This document shows, piece by piece, positions 9,399 through 23,135 of a DNA stretch of 64,000 nt. Under the pieces are notes generated by a model. That model saw nothing but the letters and a program-made list of their open reading frames with translations, searched no databases and was not told the origin of the DNA. The DNA is from Macrostomum lignano (Eukaryota). The number at the start of each line of letters is the position of its first letter. The first letter of the stretch is position 1. The stretch spans positions 62,001-126,000 of the forward strand of contig NIVC01001181.1 of assembly GCA_002269645.1 (NCBI GenBank), written 5' to 3'. A program made the translations under genes and the position numbers.

Positions 9399-9677
9399 TG
9401 TGGTAAATCAGCTATGCTGCTTGTTTAAAGTGGTTGAAGACTACGAGAGAGCTATCAAAGCTCTGATGTCTGTATTTATATTGTAAAGCGATGCTACGTG
9501 CGCGAGAGTGATGACATAATTTAAGCGTACACAATTTGCCCATAACTCAAATAGCAATAACTCAAACCTAACGTGCCAAGCTTGCGTAGATAATAATAGA
9601 GAAAGAAATAATAGGAAAGTACAAATACAAATCAATACTCGTACTGAGTGCATGCACATACTGGTAGCTACACGACA
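9399..9677 (-). repeat. 5' LTR of the Gypsy element (about 279 bp)
   Basis: On - strand begins TGTCGTG and ends TACCACA (imperfect TG...CA inverted ends), abuts the PBS, contains TATAAATA (9473-9480). The outer boundary is inferred because the second LTR is outside the window. Confidence 0.72.
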
Positions 9678-9945
9678 GTCATAGTGGCTACTATGTGGTC
9701 ATAGTGGCTACTATGTGGTCATAGTGGCTACTATCTGGTCATAGTGGCTACTATCTGGTTATAGTGGCTACTATCTGGTCATAGTGGCTACTATCTGGTT
9801 ATAGTGGCTACTATCTGGTCATAGTGGCTACTATCTGGTTATAGTGGCTACTATCTGGTTATAGTGGCTACTATCTGATCATAGTGGCTACTAGCTGGTC
9901 ATAGTGGTTACAATCTCTTGTCATAGGGTTTACTGTCTGGTCATT
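9678..9945. repeat. 20-bp minisatellite (CATAGTGGCTACTATCTGGT)
   Basis: About 12 units, degenerate at the right edge; starts exactly at the LTR boundary. Confidence 0.95.
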
Positions 9946-10409
9946 GAAACCAAAAAAATCTAATCATAGTGACTTCTATTCGGTCATGGTGGCAACTGTT
10001 TGCATGCAGTGTCTACTTGCATAGGCATCGTGTTGCCTCCTACTAATAATGTCTTTATTTTTGTTATTTTAGCATTCATCCCTTTTTTCTACTCGTAAGA
10101 AGAAAAACTGGAGCATTTTTATTTTAGTCTACTAACAGTAGAAAAGTGTGCAAAAAATTTAATTAATTAAATAAAACTCAGCTACAATCTTACCAGAAAA
10201 GGAAAGTAGAGAGCGAGAGATTGCAACACATCGACTTTTCTCCTGTCAACGCCCCGCCTCGAGAGAGAAAGAAGAGCGCGAAAAAATCTAATTATTCTCC
10301 ATCATTCAGCGTTCGAACGAAGCTTTCCGTATGGCAGAGGCCGGGTTGTAGCCGTTTCTGCCAATTTTCCCAGCAAGCCAAAGTTTACCGAGCAGAACTC
10401 TCCTGCTTG

Positions 10410-10462
10410 GAACTGCTTGGAACTGGAACTGGAACTGGAACTGGAACTGGAACTGCTTGGAA
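10410..10462. repeat. (GGAACT)n hexamer run
   Basis: About 6-8 units. Confidence 0.9.
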
Positions 10463-10605
10463 ACAGGAGAAAAACAATCACAGAAAACTGATCCATCACC
10501 CATGCTGTTCATTGGAATTGTATCAGTATCTTCTGGCTTTCACTTTCCAGTTCTGTCTCATTTTCGTCTATTTGTGAACTTGCAAAAACTTGGCTGTTTC
10601 ACAAG

Positions 10606-10606
10606 C

Positions 10607-10681
<75 letters not shown>

Positions 10682-10682
10682 G

Positions 10683-10721
<39 letters not shown>

Positions 10722-10746
10722 GTGTCTGTCTGTCTGTCTGTCTGTG

Positions 10747-10809
<63 letters not shown>

Positions 10810-10810
10810 A

Positions 10811-10879
<69 letters not shown>

Positions 10880-10882
10880 TAG

Positions 10883-10915
<33 letters not shown>

Positions 10916-10916
10916 G
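10606..10916. repeat. (TCTG)n microsatellite
   Basis: Direct reading; contains one CTTAGTG interruption at 10878. Confidence 0.98.
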
Positions 10917-11749
10917 CTTCAATCCAACCCGTATCAAGTCATTATAATCTGTTGCGGGCGCTCCCACTGCGGACGCATCTTACTGGCTGGTCAGCCTCGT
11001 GTTAATAACCGAGTTTATCAAGGCCGCTAAGCTTCCAATCGCCTCCGGAAACCACAAATGGTAGAGTTTCGGAGCCCAGCTCAGCGACCCAGCTAAATAG
11101 CCAATAAACCCATTGTGCCTGACTTGGCAGCAGAGTCGGTTTTATCGCTAAAGACAGAACTCAAGCTCTATCAACAGACGCATAAATCTGAGGTAAATTT
11201 TTAATGCCTCCATGAGTAAATTATTACCTACGAGCGTATGTAGGGGCTGATTGCAATAATGGCTACTTAGTTAGCATTAGGCTTCGATTTTTTTATATTC
11301 ATATCTTCAAATTTCCGCACAAATCAGCCCGATAAACAAATGACTCATCTGGTACGGTATGAATCCCCCTTTTCTTAGAAAAAAATATACAGCTTTTCGG
11401 TTTTGTAAGACGACTTCCTCCGCTCCCGGAGCCAGAAGAGATCTACTCTCTTATCCGATTCACGCTTCCTTCGCTCTGACTTCCTGAGTTATGAGTCCAA
11501 GAGGTCGCGGTGCACCGATCGAAAGTAAAAAACGGTGTGTGCATGGGATCAAGGGTTAAAATTAATCCTTTTGGGGCCACGAGGTCAACACGGGCTTTGA
11601 CTTGAAGTATTTCAAGTTCACTCACTAGTGTACTTCGATTACATTCTAACAATTTTTCCTAAAAAGTTTTCAGGCTTTATAGATCTTTTAATGGCCGTTG
11701 TATACTACTGGCTCTGCTTTAGATTTTATTCTTTAGGATGCCCCAGAAT

Positions 11750-12395
11750 GACACCCCTGACACCATAAAATGGAATCCCCTGACACTCTAAAATGGCATC
11801 CTCTGACACTCTAAATTGGCATCCCCTGACACTCTAAAATGGCATCCCCTGACACTCTAAATTGGCATCCCCTGACACTCTAAATTGGCATCCCCTGACA
11901 CTCTAAAATGGCATCCCCTGACACTCTAAAATGGCATCCCAGGACACTCTAAAATGGCATCCCCTGACACCCTTAAAATGGCATCTCCTGACACTCTGAA
12001 ATGGCATCCCCTGACACCCTTAAAATGGCATCTCCTGACACTCTAAAATGGCATCCCAGGACACTCTAAAATGGCATCCCCTGACACCCTTAAAATGGCA
12101 TCTCCTGACACTCTGAAATGGCATCCCCTGACACCCTTAAAATGGCATCCCCTGACACTCTAAAATGGCATCCCAGGACACTCTAAAATGGCATCCCCTG
12201 ACACCCTTAAAATGGCATCTCCTGACACTCTGAAATGGCATCCCCTGACACCCTAAAATATCATCCCAGGACACTCAAAAGCGGCGTCCCCTGGCACTCA
12301 AAAATGGCATCCCGTGACACTCAAAAGTGCCACTCTTGACACTAAAATTGCATCACCTGACTCATAAAGCGTGGCCCTCCTAACACTCTAAATTG
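11750..12395. repeat. 23/24-bp minisatellite (TGACACTCTAAAATGGCATCCCC)
   Basis: About 27 units with recurring variants and decaying edges. Confidence 0.95.
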
Positions 12396-12400
12396 GCCCT

Positions 12401-12445
12401 TTCCCAAGTGCCACAGGACCGGGGGTTCGATTCCCGGATGTTGCC
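12401..12445 (+). other. 3' half of a tRNA-like (SINE head) fragment with B box
   Basis: CCCAAG...CAGGACCGGGGGTTCGATTCCCGG: T-arm CCGGG/CCCGG with GGTTCGATTCC. No A box or 5' half is visible. Confidence 0.4.
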
Positions 12446-12964
12446 GCAGAAACGTGACTAGTGCTATGTTCTCTCAATAATCATCTCAGGTCAAACGCCT
12501 TACTTAAAGCATTAATCAAATAAATACAGTATGGCATGTGACTGTCCCGACTCATTTGAGATCCCCGCCAAGACCATCCTCTACTCAGCAGATAAGCCGG
12601 TCGCTTCAGAGGCGGCCAGATGGCTGGGGATATCAAGGATGGGAATTCGGGCCAGTTCTCCCCAACAGCGCAGGTTGAGTAGAAAAAATTGGGCTTCAAT
12701 TTAGGAATCTTAGAATTCGCCCCTGCCAATATCGATTGCGCAATATGTAGACACAGAGCTCGTTGAAATAGTTAATGCCGGGGCATTTCTGCTATGATTT
12801 ATAGGGGCAGGATTTTTGTGCGGCGACTTTAGGGACGCAAAATCTTGCGTAAGTTTTGCCAATTTATTTGGCTTAGGAGGTCGTTGTTGGCTGCAAGCTG
12901 CTCTTATATTCTATTCTGTTTTGAAGTTAATCTGCTGACTGTGTTCATGCATCCAGTGAGCACT

Positions 12965-13272
12965 GCTCATAGGGTCATAGAACTTGCGATGACTATGCTC
13001 ATAGATCTTGCAATGACTATGCTCATAAAGCTTGCGATGACTATGCTCATAGATCTTGCAATGACTATGCTCATAAAGCTTGCAATGTCTATGCTCATAG
13101 ATCTTGCAATGACTATGCTCATAAAGCTTGTAATTATGACCATGCTCATAAAGCTTGCAATGACTATGCTCATAGATCTTGCGATGACTATGATCATAGA
13201 TCTTGCGATAACTCTGTTCATAGATCTTAGATCTTGCGGTGACTATGCTCATAGATCTTGAGATTACTATGC
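12965..13272. repeat. 24-bp minisatellite (GACTATGCTCATAGATCTTGCAAT)
   Basis: About 12 units. Confidence 0.95.
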
Positions 13273-13765
13273 TCCAACTTTAACAATAAGCTCTGTGATG
13301 ATGGCGCTCTTAGGTCAGCGGTGACCCTGCTATTTCTAACCAGCAAATGAGCTCTACAGAAGCCGCAAATCGCCCATTAAAAAAGTATCATTAGCCACAA
13401 ATTCCAGAAACGGAAATGCGAAGAAAAATCCAACGGGGAAAAATACGTCAAAAGGTCAAGTCGCAGCGTTCAAGATCCATTCCTCTGCAGGCCGGCCGTG
13501 ACTGGTCCTTGACGTTCCTGTCATGTCAGGCAGGGGGATGTCAGGATCTGGAATCGTTGCATCCGGGATTTCAAAGAACGAAGTGGGAAGATAATAGGAC
13601 ACAGCTGGATTTTCCCTAGGAGGCGAGGCAATCCCCATATTTTGGTTGCAGCTTCAAAGGAATGCCGAATTCTTCTTGTGCAACTTTCCTTTCGATTTTT
13701 CCACCTCCCTACAGGTTTCAAACCGCCGCTTGACCCGACTTTTGGAGAGGAATCAGGACGGTAGG

Positions 13766-14776
<1,011 letters not shown>

Positions 14777-15311
14777 AGAGAATCACACACGAGCTTATAG
14801 CTGACGTTAGCAAATCTTTCCATCACTCACCCATTCAGTAATTCTTAATATTTTTTCAACTCGCAATATTCGATCCGAATTCCTGCACAACAAACAACGG
14901 CAGCCTTCCTTTTCATCGCCATCAAGCACGAACCAAGCCAGTTCCGCATCCCCTGTTCAACAAAGTGGGCCAACCAGTCCCTCTTACGTGAAGCCCCTTT
15001 AACTTGCAAGCAGAATTGGCCCTACTAATTGGCACAAAGACTAGAATGGGAGGCGCTGTGACGGCCAGACCGCACTATCGCAGGCCCGGAGACCAAGACA
15101 AACAAAGATTCGCTCCTTACCCCAGCCTTCTACCATCATCAGCCTTATGCTGGAGGATCCTTCATGACAGACAAACTGTTGCGTCATCGCGGCAAATTCG
15201 CTGGTTCAGCGGCAAAGCAACTGCGTGAGATGCTTTCCACAGATTGAATTGGATGCAACTGGGGTTCTGTGGCTTGCGACTTGTTAAACTGCTGCTGGCT
15301 CAGTCTTATTC

Positions 15312-15830
15312 CCCCTTGGATAGCGCCCCTTGGATAGTGATGGCGCCCCTTGGATAACGATGGCGCCCCTGGGATGGCACCCCTGGGATGGCGCCCCTGG
15401 GATGGCGCACCTTGGATAGTGATGGGGACCCTTGGATAGCGATAGCGCCCCTTGGATAGCGCCCCTTGGATAGCGCCCCTTGGATAGCGCCCCTTGGATA
15501 GCGCCCCTTGGATAGCGATAGCGCCCCTTGGATAGCGCCCCTTGGATAGCGCCCCTTGGATAGCGCCCCTTGGATAGCGCCCCTTGGATAGCGCCCGTTG
15601 GATAGCGATAGCGCCCCTTGGATAGCGCCCCTTGGATAGCGATAGCGCCCCTTGGATAGCGCCCCTTGGATAGCGATAGCGCCCCTTGGATAGCTTTGGC
15701 GCCCCTTGAATACCGATGGCGCCCCTTGAATACCCCTTAGGATGGCGCCCCTTCGGATAGCTGTGGCAACCTTTGGATTGCTGTGGCGCCCCTTGAATAT
15801 CTGTGGTGCCCCTTTGGATACCGATGGCCG
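15312..15830. repeat. 14/20-bp minisatellite (GCGCCCCTTGGATA)
   Basis: Direct reading. Confidence 0.95.
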
Positions 15831-16303
15831 ATTTTACTACTTATTATTTTTATTTATTTTTATTTGCAGGAGTTCACGATAGTTGCTATTATCAATAGTC
15901 ATTGTTAGCTCGAATTTTTTTACTTTTTAATAAAGAATATCCTTATCGCAGTTACTTAATGTTGATATAATATATTAACCAATACCTGGTCCAACTTTGT
16001 GAACCATTTCTTGGTTATAAGGGACAGACAGTCTGTCAGATTTTTTATCATTTTCCCCAGTTTTAATGATAAGGAAAACTGTTTTTGGGTGAAAAAAGTC
16101 ACGTTCAAAGTGTTTAAACAAGGGCGCACAGCAAATCCCTTCCTTGTTCGTAAGTTTTTTCCTCAAAATTGTAAACACAGACGAACAGGATGGATTTCCC
16201 TGTTAGATCCATTTCTAGCGAAGCAATTTTCAAATGCTGCAGAAAAGACAGATCATGTCCCCGAGCACAAAGGCTAAAAAATTAAATCTAATCTAAGTGT
16301 GAT

Positions 16304-16725
16304 GGCCCTCCAATCATCTAAGAATCGCCCTCTAATCATCTAAGAATCGCCCTCCAATCATCTAAGAATCGCCCTCTTATCATCTAAGAATTGCCCTCTA
16401 ATCATCTAAGAATCGCTCTCTTATAATCTAAGAATTGCCCTCTAATCATCTAAGAATCGCCCTCTTATCATCTAAGAATCGCCCTCTTATCATCTAAGAA
16501 TCGCTCTCTTATCATCTAAGAATCGCCCTCTTATCATCTAAGAATCGCCCTCTTATCATCTAAGAATCGCCCTCTTATCATCTAAGAATCGCTCTCTTAT
16601 CATCTAAGAATTGCCCTCTAATCATCTAAGAATCGCTCTCTAATCATCTAAGAATCGTCCACTAATAATCTCAGAATCACCCTCTAATCATCTAAGAATC
16701 GCATTTCAATCATCTAAGAATCCCC
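16304..16725. repeat. 22-bp minisatellite (AGAATCGCCCTCTAATCATCTA)
   Basis: About 19 units. Confidence 0.95.
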
Positions 16726-17291
16726 CACCAATTGTTTAATAATCGTTAGTGGTAATTAACAGATACTGTTCAGCTAATTAAGGTGTTAATTAATAATATT
16801 AATTTACAATGCCTGTGTCAAACGGAAGACAGTACTGGGCCTTCATATCAATTCTCGGGTCACTGGATTTGGCGCATAGCTGGGCCAAACATATTGGATA
16901 GAATTACTATGCATATTTTTTTCTTCGTATTCTGTATACATATTGGGTTAATAAGGACGCAACTGTCGGGCCATAAATTGGCGTTCCAGCGAAAATTGAC
17001 GCTTTTGACGCTTTTTGCCACAAGTTTTAGTTTGCCTGTTACGTAATCAAATTGAGTCGAGATTTGCATACAATTTGCCTCACTTTCAGAACGGTTCGTT
17101 AATTGAAACGTGAGGCAGCACTAACCTAAGGAATTAAAAGCTTTAGGTGGATCTCCAACATGGTTGAATAATTTCATACTTTAGCTACTAATAAAAATAA
17201 AAGCTATTACAACTACTTGACTCGGATAACGATGATCTTGACCCACGATAAATACTTAATAATGACTTCATATTGTGAATTTAAGACATAT

Positions 17292-17660
17292 TGACTCACT
17301 GAAGACTCGCAGTGGACCCACGGGAAGTTCTGACTCACTGACGACTCACAGTGGACCCACGGGAAGTCCTGACTCACTGACGACTCACAGTGGACCCACG
17401 GGAAGTCCTGACTCACTGACAACTCGCAGTGGACCCACGGGAAGTCCTGACTCACTGACGACTCACAGTGAACCCACGGGAAGTCCTGACTCACTGACGA
17501 CTCACAGTGGACCCACGGGAAGTCCTGACTCACTGACAACTCACAGTGGACCCACGGGAAGTCCTGACTCACTGATGACTCACAGTGGACCCACGGGAAG
17601 TCCTGACTCACTGACGACTCACAGTGGACCCACGGGAAGTCCTGACTCACTGATGACTCC
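17292..17660. repeat. 39-bp minisatellite (TCACTGACGACTCACAGTGGACCCACGGGAAGTCCTGAC)
   Basis: About 9 units. Open frames on both strands are a consequence of the 3n unit length. Confidence 0.95.
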
Positions 17661-18321
17661 CATGGACTTAGAATCCTGCCTCACAAAGGGAAAATTGTGT
17701 CTGTTTCCTGAGACTCACTCGTGACCCTAATAGACATATTCTCCTAATACGAGTAAAATCCTCATAAGGATTATGCAAATTTATCTAGTTTTCATAAACA
17801 CGAGAGGTTCTCGATTCTCTCTATGAAGATTTGGAATGATCATACCAGTTGCTTCGAAAAATCCGAAAGAAGGGCCCGCGGATCCAACACCATATACAGC
17901 AACCCTCCCCGCTCTAGCAATTAATCAAGAATCAGATTCTCTGGCCAGACACTGACTGCCACTTGGGAATTGGGCCGCTTGGGAGGGTGTGGGGATCAAG
18001 ATTGAAGAATGAACACCGACAGCCAGCCAATGCATCCATCGAAATCTTCCCCGAGTGGGCACGGGGTGGTTAACGAGTTCGGAGATCAAAGGCGAAAAGG
18101 AAGCGCTCTCAGATCTCTTAGTTTTAGTGATTGATGAAGACTAAGACGGCCGAATCTGCTGGCCCATAGGCATTCGTTTATGAGGAATTAATAATTAGCT
18201 GGATTGCTTAATAAATCAGATTGAAAGCAAGTTTGCAAGCAAAAAATGCTAAATTTATTATCTGATCGCATTTATTAGATTGTTGCCCTTCTTTTTATTG
18301 ATACTGCATGAGCACTTGAAG

Positions 18322-18863
18322 GTACCGTTGAGTCCTGTGTGTTTAGTACCGTTGAGTCCTGTGTGTTTAGTACCGTTGAGTCCTGTGTGTTTAATTTAGT
18401 ACCATTGAGTTCTGTGTGTTTAATTTAGTACCATTGAGTTCTGTGTGTTTAATTTAGTACCATTGAGTTCTGTGTGTTTAATTTAGTACCATTGAGTTCT
18501 GTGTGTTTAATTTAGTACCATTGAGTTCTGTGTGTTTAATTTAGTACCATTGAGTGCTGTGTGTTTAATTTAGTACCGTTGAGTCTTGTGTGTTTAATTT
18601 AGTACCATTGAGTTCTGTGTGTTTAATTTAGTACCGTTGAGTCTTGTGTGTTTAATTTAGTACCATTGAGTTCTGTGTGTTTAATTTAGTACCGTTGAGT
18701 CTTGTGTGTTTAATTTAGTACCATTGAGTTCTGTGTGTTTAATTTAGTACCATTGAGTTCTGTGTGTTTAATTTAGTACCATTGAGTTCTGTGTGTTTAA
18801 TTTAGTACCATTGAGTTCTGTGTGTTTAATTTAGTACCATTGAGTTCTGTGTGTCTAGTACCA
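18322..18863. repeat. 29-bp minisatellite (TTAGTACCATTGAGTTCTGTGTGTTTAAT)
   Basis: About 19 units; the first units are 24-bp versions lacking ATTTA. Confidence 0.95.
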
Positions 18864-19280
18864 TATTAGCTCATAAGCAGCACTGAATAAATGGTTGATA
18901 GACCTTTTCAGGTGAATTGATGAGTAGGCAGTTAAAACACTTCCCTTAATCTTGGCGACCTGAATTCAAAATTTTATTCTTGAATTTATCGACCAGAATG
19001 ATTTCTATCCGTAAAAGTCTGTCTGCAATTTAAGTACCTCGGATAAGAATTGTAGTGGTAGACAGACGAAATCTCTTTTTAATCCAAATAATCCCAATGA
19101 AAATGACCGCAAGCACGTTTGACGCGAAAACGGCATAGCTGACGGTTTAGCTTAGCTGTATGAGGGACCCAGAGATAGGCAAGTGAGTGTGCTTCAGAAG
19201 CACTAATCCGTAACAATGAGCAATCAGTTCAAATGTTCGAAGCATGGAAATCTAACAATACAGGAAGCAAGCAAAAAATA

Positions 19281-19462
<182 letters not shown>

Positions 19463-20971
19463 CTATGGTCCGGCGGTTTCAATGTCCCAGCCTCAAACAC
19501 ACTCTATATAGCTTTCTATATTCCCCTCATTCTTTCCTCTATTCAATGCATTTGCCGCGGCACCCACGCAGATGGCCATTGTCCGACGTGGGACCTCCTC
19601 TGCCTCATCCTCCTCCTCCTACTCGATGACGGATTGCCTTAGCTGCCAAATTCTCCCGAACGCAACCTCTTCCCCGTCTGCATGCAGAACCGGGCATTGC
19701 GCATTGATATGTGGGAAGCGATGGCCTCCTCCATTCGCCCTTAGCTTCGGACGAGCCCGTCATACCGGAGTCGCTGGCTTGCCTTTTAAAACTGGCTGGC
19801 TGCATGGATTCCCAAACTGCCGGGCGCTGCACACCCCTGCCGTGTATTAATTAGGCTGCCCGCCTCCCATCTAGGGCGCGTCTGCCTCAGATTCCCTATA
19901 TTATACACATACAGTATTGAAGGGCTTGGGGCTGGACCGCCGGACTTCTTGATGGATGACCGGCGGCTGAGGCACCTGCCCAGGAACATATCTGGCACAT
20001 GGTTCGTCAAACTGGCCGCTGGGAGGAGGAAGGGAGGAAGGAAAATGATCGTTTTGAGAGATGCGGTTGGTTATTCTGTCTAAAAATGGTTACCGGTAAT
20101 GCATGCATGGATATAGAATCCAAGGACAGCTTGAACGAGAAACTGGACTGGACTAGAGTGCAGCGCCGAGTGAGTGGTATTTCGCCATAGACAAAGTCGG
20201 TCAAGAAAAAGGGAAAAATTCGGTCTTTACCGGCTTCCTCCTTATTTCTAAGAAAATTGAGGACTGCAGAGCCTTTTGGTTTCTAGCAATAAATATGAGC
20301 TGGTTTCGACAGAAGTTTTGAAAACAATTGTGAAACAGTTTTTGTGATCCTTTGTGAGCCTTTCAATCCATACAAGCTAATCTAGAGAAAGCCGCGCCGT
20401 GAATGTTTCTGCCAGGTGAGCAGCAGAGCGTCCTGTAGAGGCGGGGGCAGCAGCTCTCGTCCCGGATCACGTGACCCATCAGTTAAAAGTCGCCGCCGGA
20501 TGATGGACAGATGGATGATGGACGAAGGGCCGCACAGAACAGCTCCGCTGAGAAACTATAAAAAACCTGAACATCAATGGCGTATAGGAGAATTTTCTGT
20601 TCCAGATTTATGGCCATGATCCCCTTGATAGATCCCTACGGAGCCTTCTACATGGAATGGGTGTGTTTTAAGTTTAAAAAAAGAAAAAATACTTTGCTGA
20701 GTGCGGGAAAAAGTTCCTAGGGAGCCCAGAGGAGATGAATGTTTGAAATGTCCCGCGCTGCTACTGTTGTGCCATCCCATCCATGCGCTGTCCAGGGGAT
20801 GACCAAGGCATGCAAGGTTCGTTCTGCCTATCCGTCTGTGTGTACGAAGTATCTCCCTCATGACATGCCTGCTGACTATTTTCCCTTGCTGTGAACAGCG
20901 GTGTAGAAATATTCACAAGGCTTCCCAGATTTAGCATTCTTTTCGCATTCTTATGGCATGCCAGCGCTATA

Positions 20972-22112
20972 CGGCAGCTTGGTGTTGCTTGTGGGAATCG
21001 GCAGCTTGGTGTTGCTTGTGGGAATCGGCAGTTTGGTGTTGCTTGTGGGAATCGGCAGTTTGGTGTTGCTTGTGGGAATCGGCAGCTTGGTGTTGCTTGT
21101 GGGAATCGGCAGCTTGGTGTTGCTTGTGGGAATCGGCAGTTTGCTGTTGCTTGTGGAAATCGGCAGTTTGGTATTGCTTGTGGGAATCGGCAGTTTGGTA
21201 TTGCTTGTGGGAATCGGCAGCTTGGTGTTGCTTGTGGGAATCGGCAGCTTGGTGTTGCTTTGTGGGAATCGGCAGTTTGGTGTTGCTTGTGGGAATCGGC
21301 AGTTTGGTATTGCTTGTGGGAATCGGCAGTTTGGTGTTTCTTGTGGGAATCGGCAGCTTGGTGTTGCTTTGTGGGAATCGGCAGTTTGGTATTTCTTGTG
21401 GGAATCGGCAGCTTGGTGTTGCTTTGTGGGAATCGGCAGTTTGGTGTTGCTTGTGGGAATCGGCAGTTTGGTATTGCTTGTGGGAATCGGCAGTTTGGTG
21501 TTTCTTGTGGGAATCGGCAGTTTGGTGTTGCTTGTGGGAATCGGCAGCTTGGTGTTGCTTGTGGGAATCGGCAGTTTGGTATTGCTTGTGGGAATCGGCA
21601 GCTTGGTGTTGCTTTGTGGGAATCGGCAGTTTGGTGTTGCTTGTGGGAATCGGTAGTTTGGTGTTGCTTGTGGGAATCGGCAGTTTGGTGTTGCTTGTGG
21701 GAATCGGCAGTTTAGTTTTGAGTATCCATAGGCAGTTTTGGGTTGAAGATTGGAAGTTTGGTGTTAAGGATCGGCAGTTTGGTGTTAAGGATTGGCAGTT
21801 TGGTGTTAAGGATCGGCAGTTTGGTGTTAAGGATCGGCAGTTTAGTGTTAAGGATCGGCAGTTTGGTGTTAAGGATCGGCAGATTGGTGTTTAGGATCGG
21901 CAGTTTGGTGTTAAGGATCGGCAGTTTGGTGTTAAGGATTGGCAGTTTGGTGTTAAGGATCGGCAGTTTGGTGTTAAGGATCGGCAGTTTAGTGTTAAGG
22001 ATCGGCAGTTTGGTGTTAAGGATCGGCAGATTGGTGTTTAGGATCGGCAGTTTGGTGTTAAGGATCGGCAGTTTGGTGTTAAGGATCGGCAGTTTGGTGT
22101 CAATGATCGGCA
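20972..22112. repeat. Compound minisatellite: 27/28-bp units (CGGCAGTTTGGTGTTGCTTGTGGGAAT) followed by 21-bp units (CGGCAGTTTGGTGTTAAGGAT)
   Basis: Shared ATCGGCAGTTTGGTGTT core; switch at about 21715-21765. Confidence 0.96.
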
Positions 22113-23029
22113 GTGTTAATGAATGAAGTTGAACAAACACAAAGCAAGTGCTGTAGCTTTCAGCTGTTAAATATGAAGTGGAGTACACATTTTCTAACTA
22201 AAATAATCCGTACCATAGGTAGGCAGGTAGTCATTCTGATTTGCAGGAACTGTTCGCATGTCATCCATCTTGAGCGAGTCTGCTGCTGTTTTCTTAACTC
22301 CCTTTCTCGCTGCAATGCATGTTCGCACAAATATTGCATAGCAAAGCATTTGATATCGGCACATTGGACAGACTGCTACTTTCGAAGTTCGAACAGCTTC
22401 GTAGAACTTCGTAGAACCTGGGCTTTGTTTTTGTGATATATTTACAGCCATGGAGCCAACCAAAATACAATTCATATTCAATATCGTATGGTGTTTTGTT
22501 ACATCTAGCTTAGCTAATTTACTAGCATAGCATGTCATGTGACACCGTATCGAACCCTCTGCTTTTCTCGGGCTGACTATATCTTTGTTAGATGTATTTA
22601 GCTTGTCTCGTAAGGTGTAAGTAGCTAGCTTCTTATTCAATTCCATTCTATGTTATCTTTGAAATGGGCAGTTAAACTTTGTACAATTTTATTGAACAAT
22701 ACTTTTGTTTTGTCGTATCAATGACGAAACGAAAGTTGAAAAATAGCGAAGCGCGTGTGTGAAAACGACAGACAGACAGAACGAACACAATATAGCTCAT
22801 AATTAAGGAAGGCTAGTCTTGTGATTCTTGTGTGCATTGTATATAATAGTTATAGTATATAGCACTAATTAATACGAGCTAAATGGCGTGTTTGCGCCGG
22901 GACCGATAAAATGCCATTATTGTGATGTGAAAAGTAAAGAAAGGACACAGACAGTTATAATTGGGCCTTATTTCTTCTGAACGGAGCTGGCTGGGGTGAA
23001 AAAGAAATTAAGGAGTAGCGCGACCGACC

Positions 23030-23135
23030 AACCAATCAGAGGCCAGGAAGGCGTGGAGGGTACAATTAGGATAAGGAAAGCCCCCCGGGCCTCCCTTTCG
23101 TTTTAAATAGGAAGGGGTTCGGTGGCCTCAGTCTT
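23030..23135 (+). promoter_or_regulatory. Candidate Pol II core promoter (CCAAT, TATA-like, Inr)
   Basis: ACCAATCAG at 23031-23039, TTTTAAATAG at 23101-23110, TCAGTC at 23128-23133 (A+1 = 23130). Spacing is canonical (about -98 and -29). Motif evidence only. Confidence 0.35.

Larger units (their letters stand above)
1..9677 (-). mobile_element. Ty3/Gypsy LTR retrotransposon (Mag-like), inactivated, interrupted by a LINE at 2938-8748; 3' end runs off the window
   Basis: Order on - strand: LTR, PBS, gag (capsid-like N-terminus, two Cys/His knuckles), protease (FELDTGSAVS), RT, RNase H (LECDASAYGIG...DKEALAI...TDHRPL), integrase (HHCC plus D-D-E). RT-RH-IN order is diagnostic of Gypsy. Confidence 0.95.

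Noticed and set aside
12401-12445. Functional tRNA gene
   Set aside because: Only the T-arm and B box are present; no D-arm, A box or acceptor-stem pairing.
17292-17660. 39-bp repeat as a tandem hammerhead (CTGACGA...GAAG) or as a Ser/Thr/Pro-rich coding repeat
   Set aside because: Lacks GAAA and stem II. There are no splice signals or coding context, and the open frames follow from the 3n unit.
19572-19850. 92-aa ORF after CACGCAG|ATG
   Set aside because: No recognisable domain, no good donor, and alternative frames close quickly.
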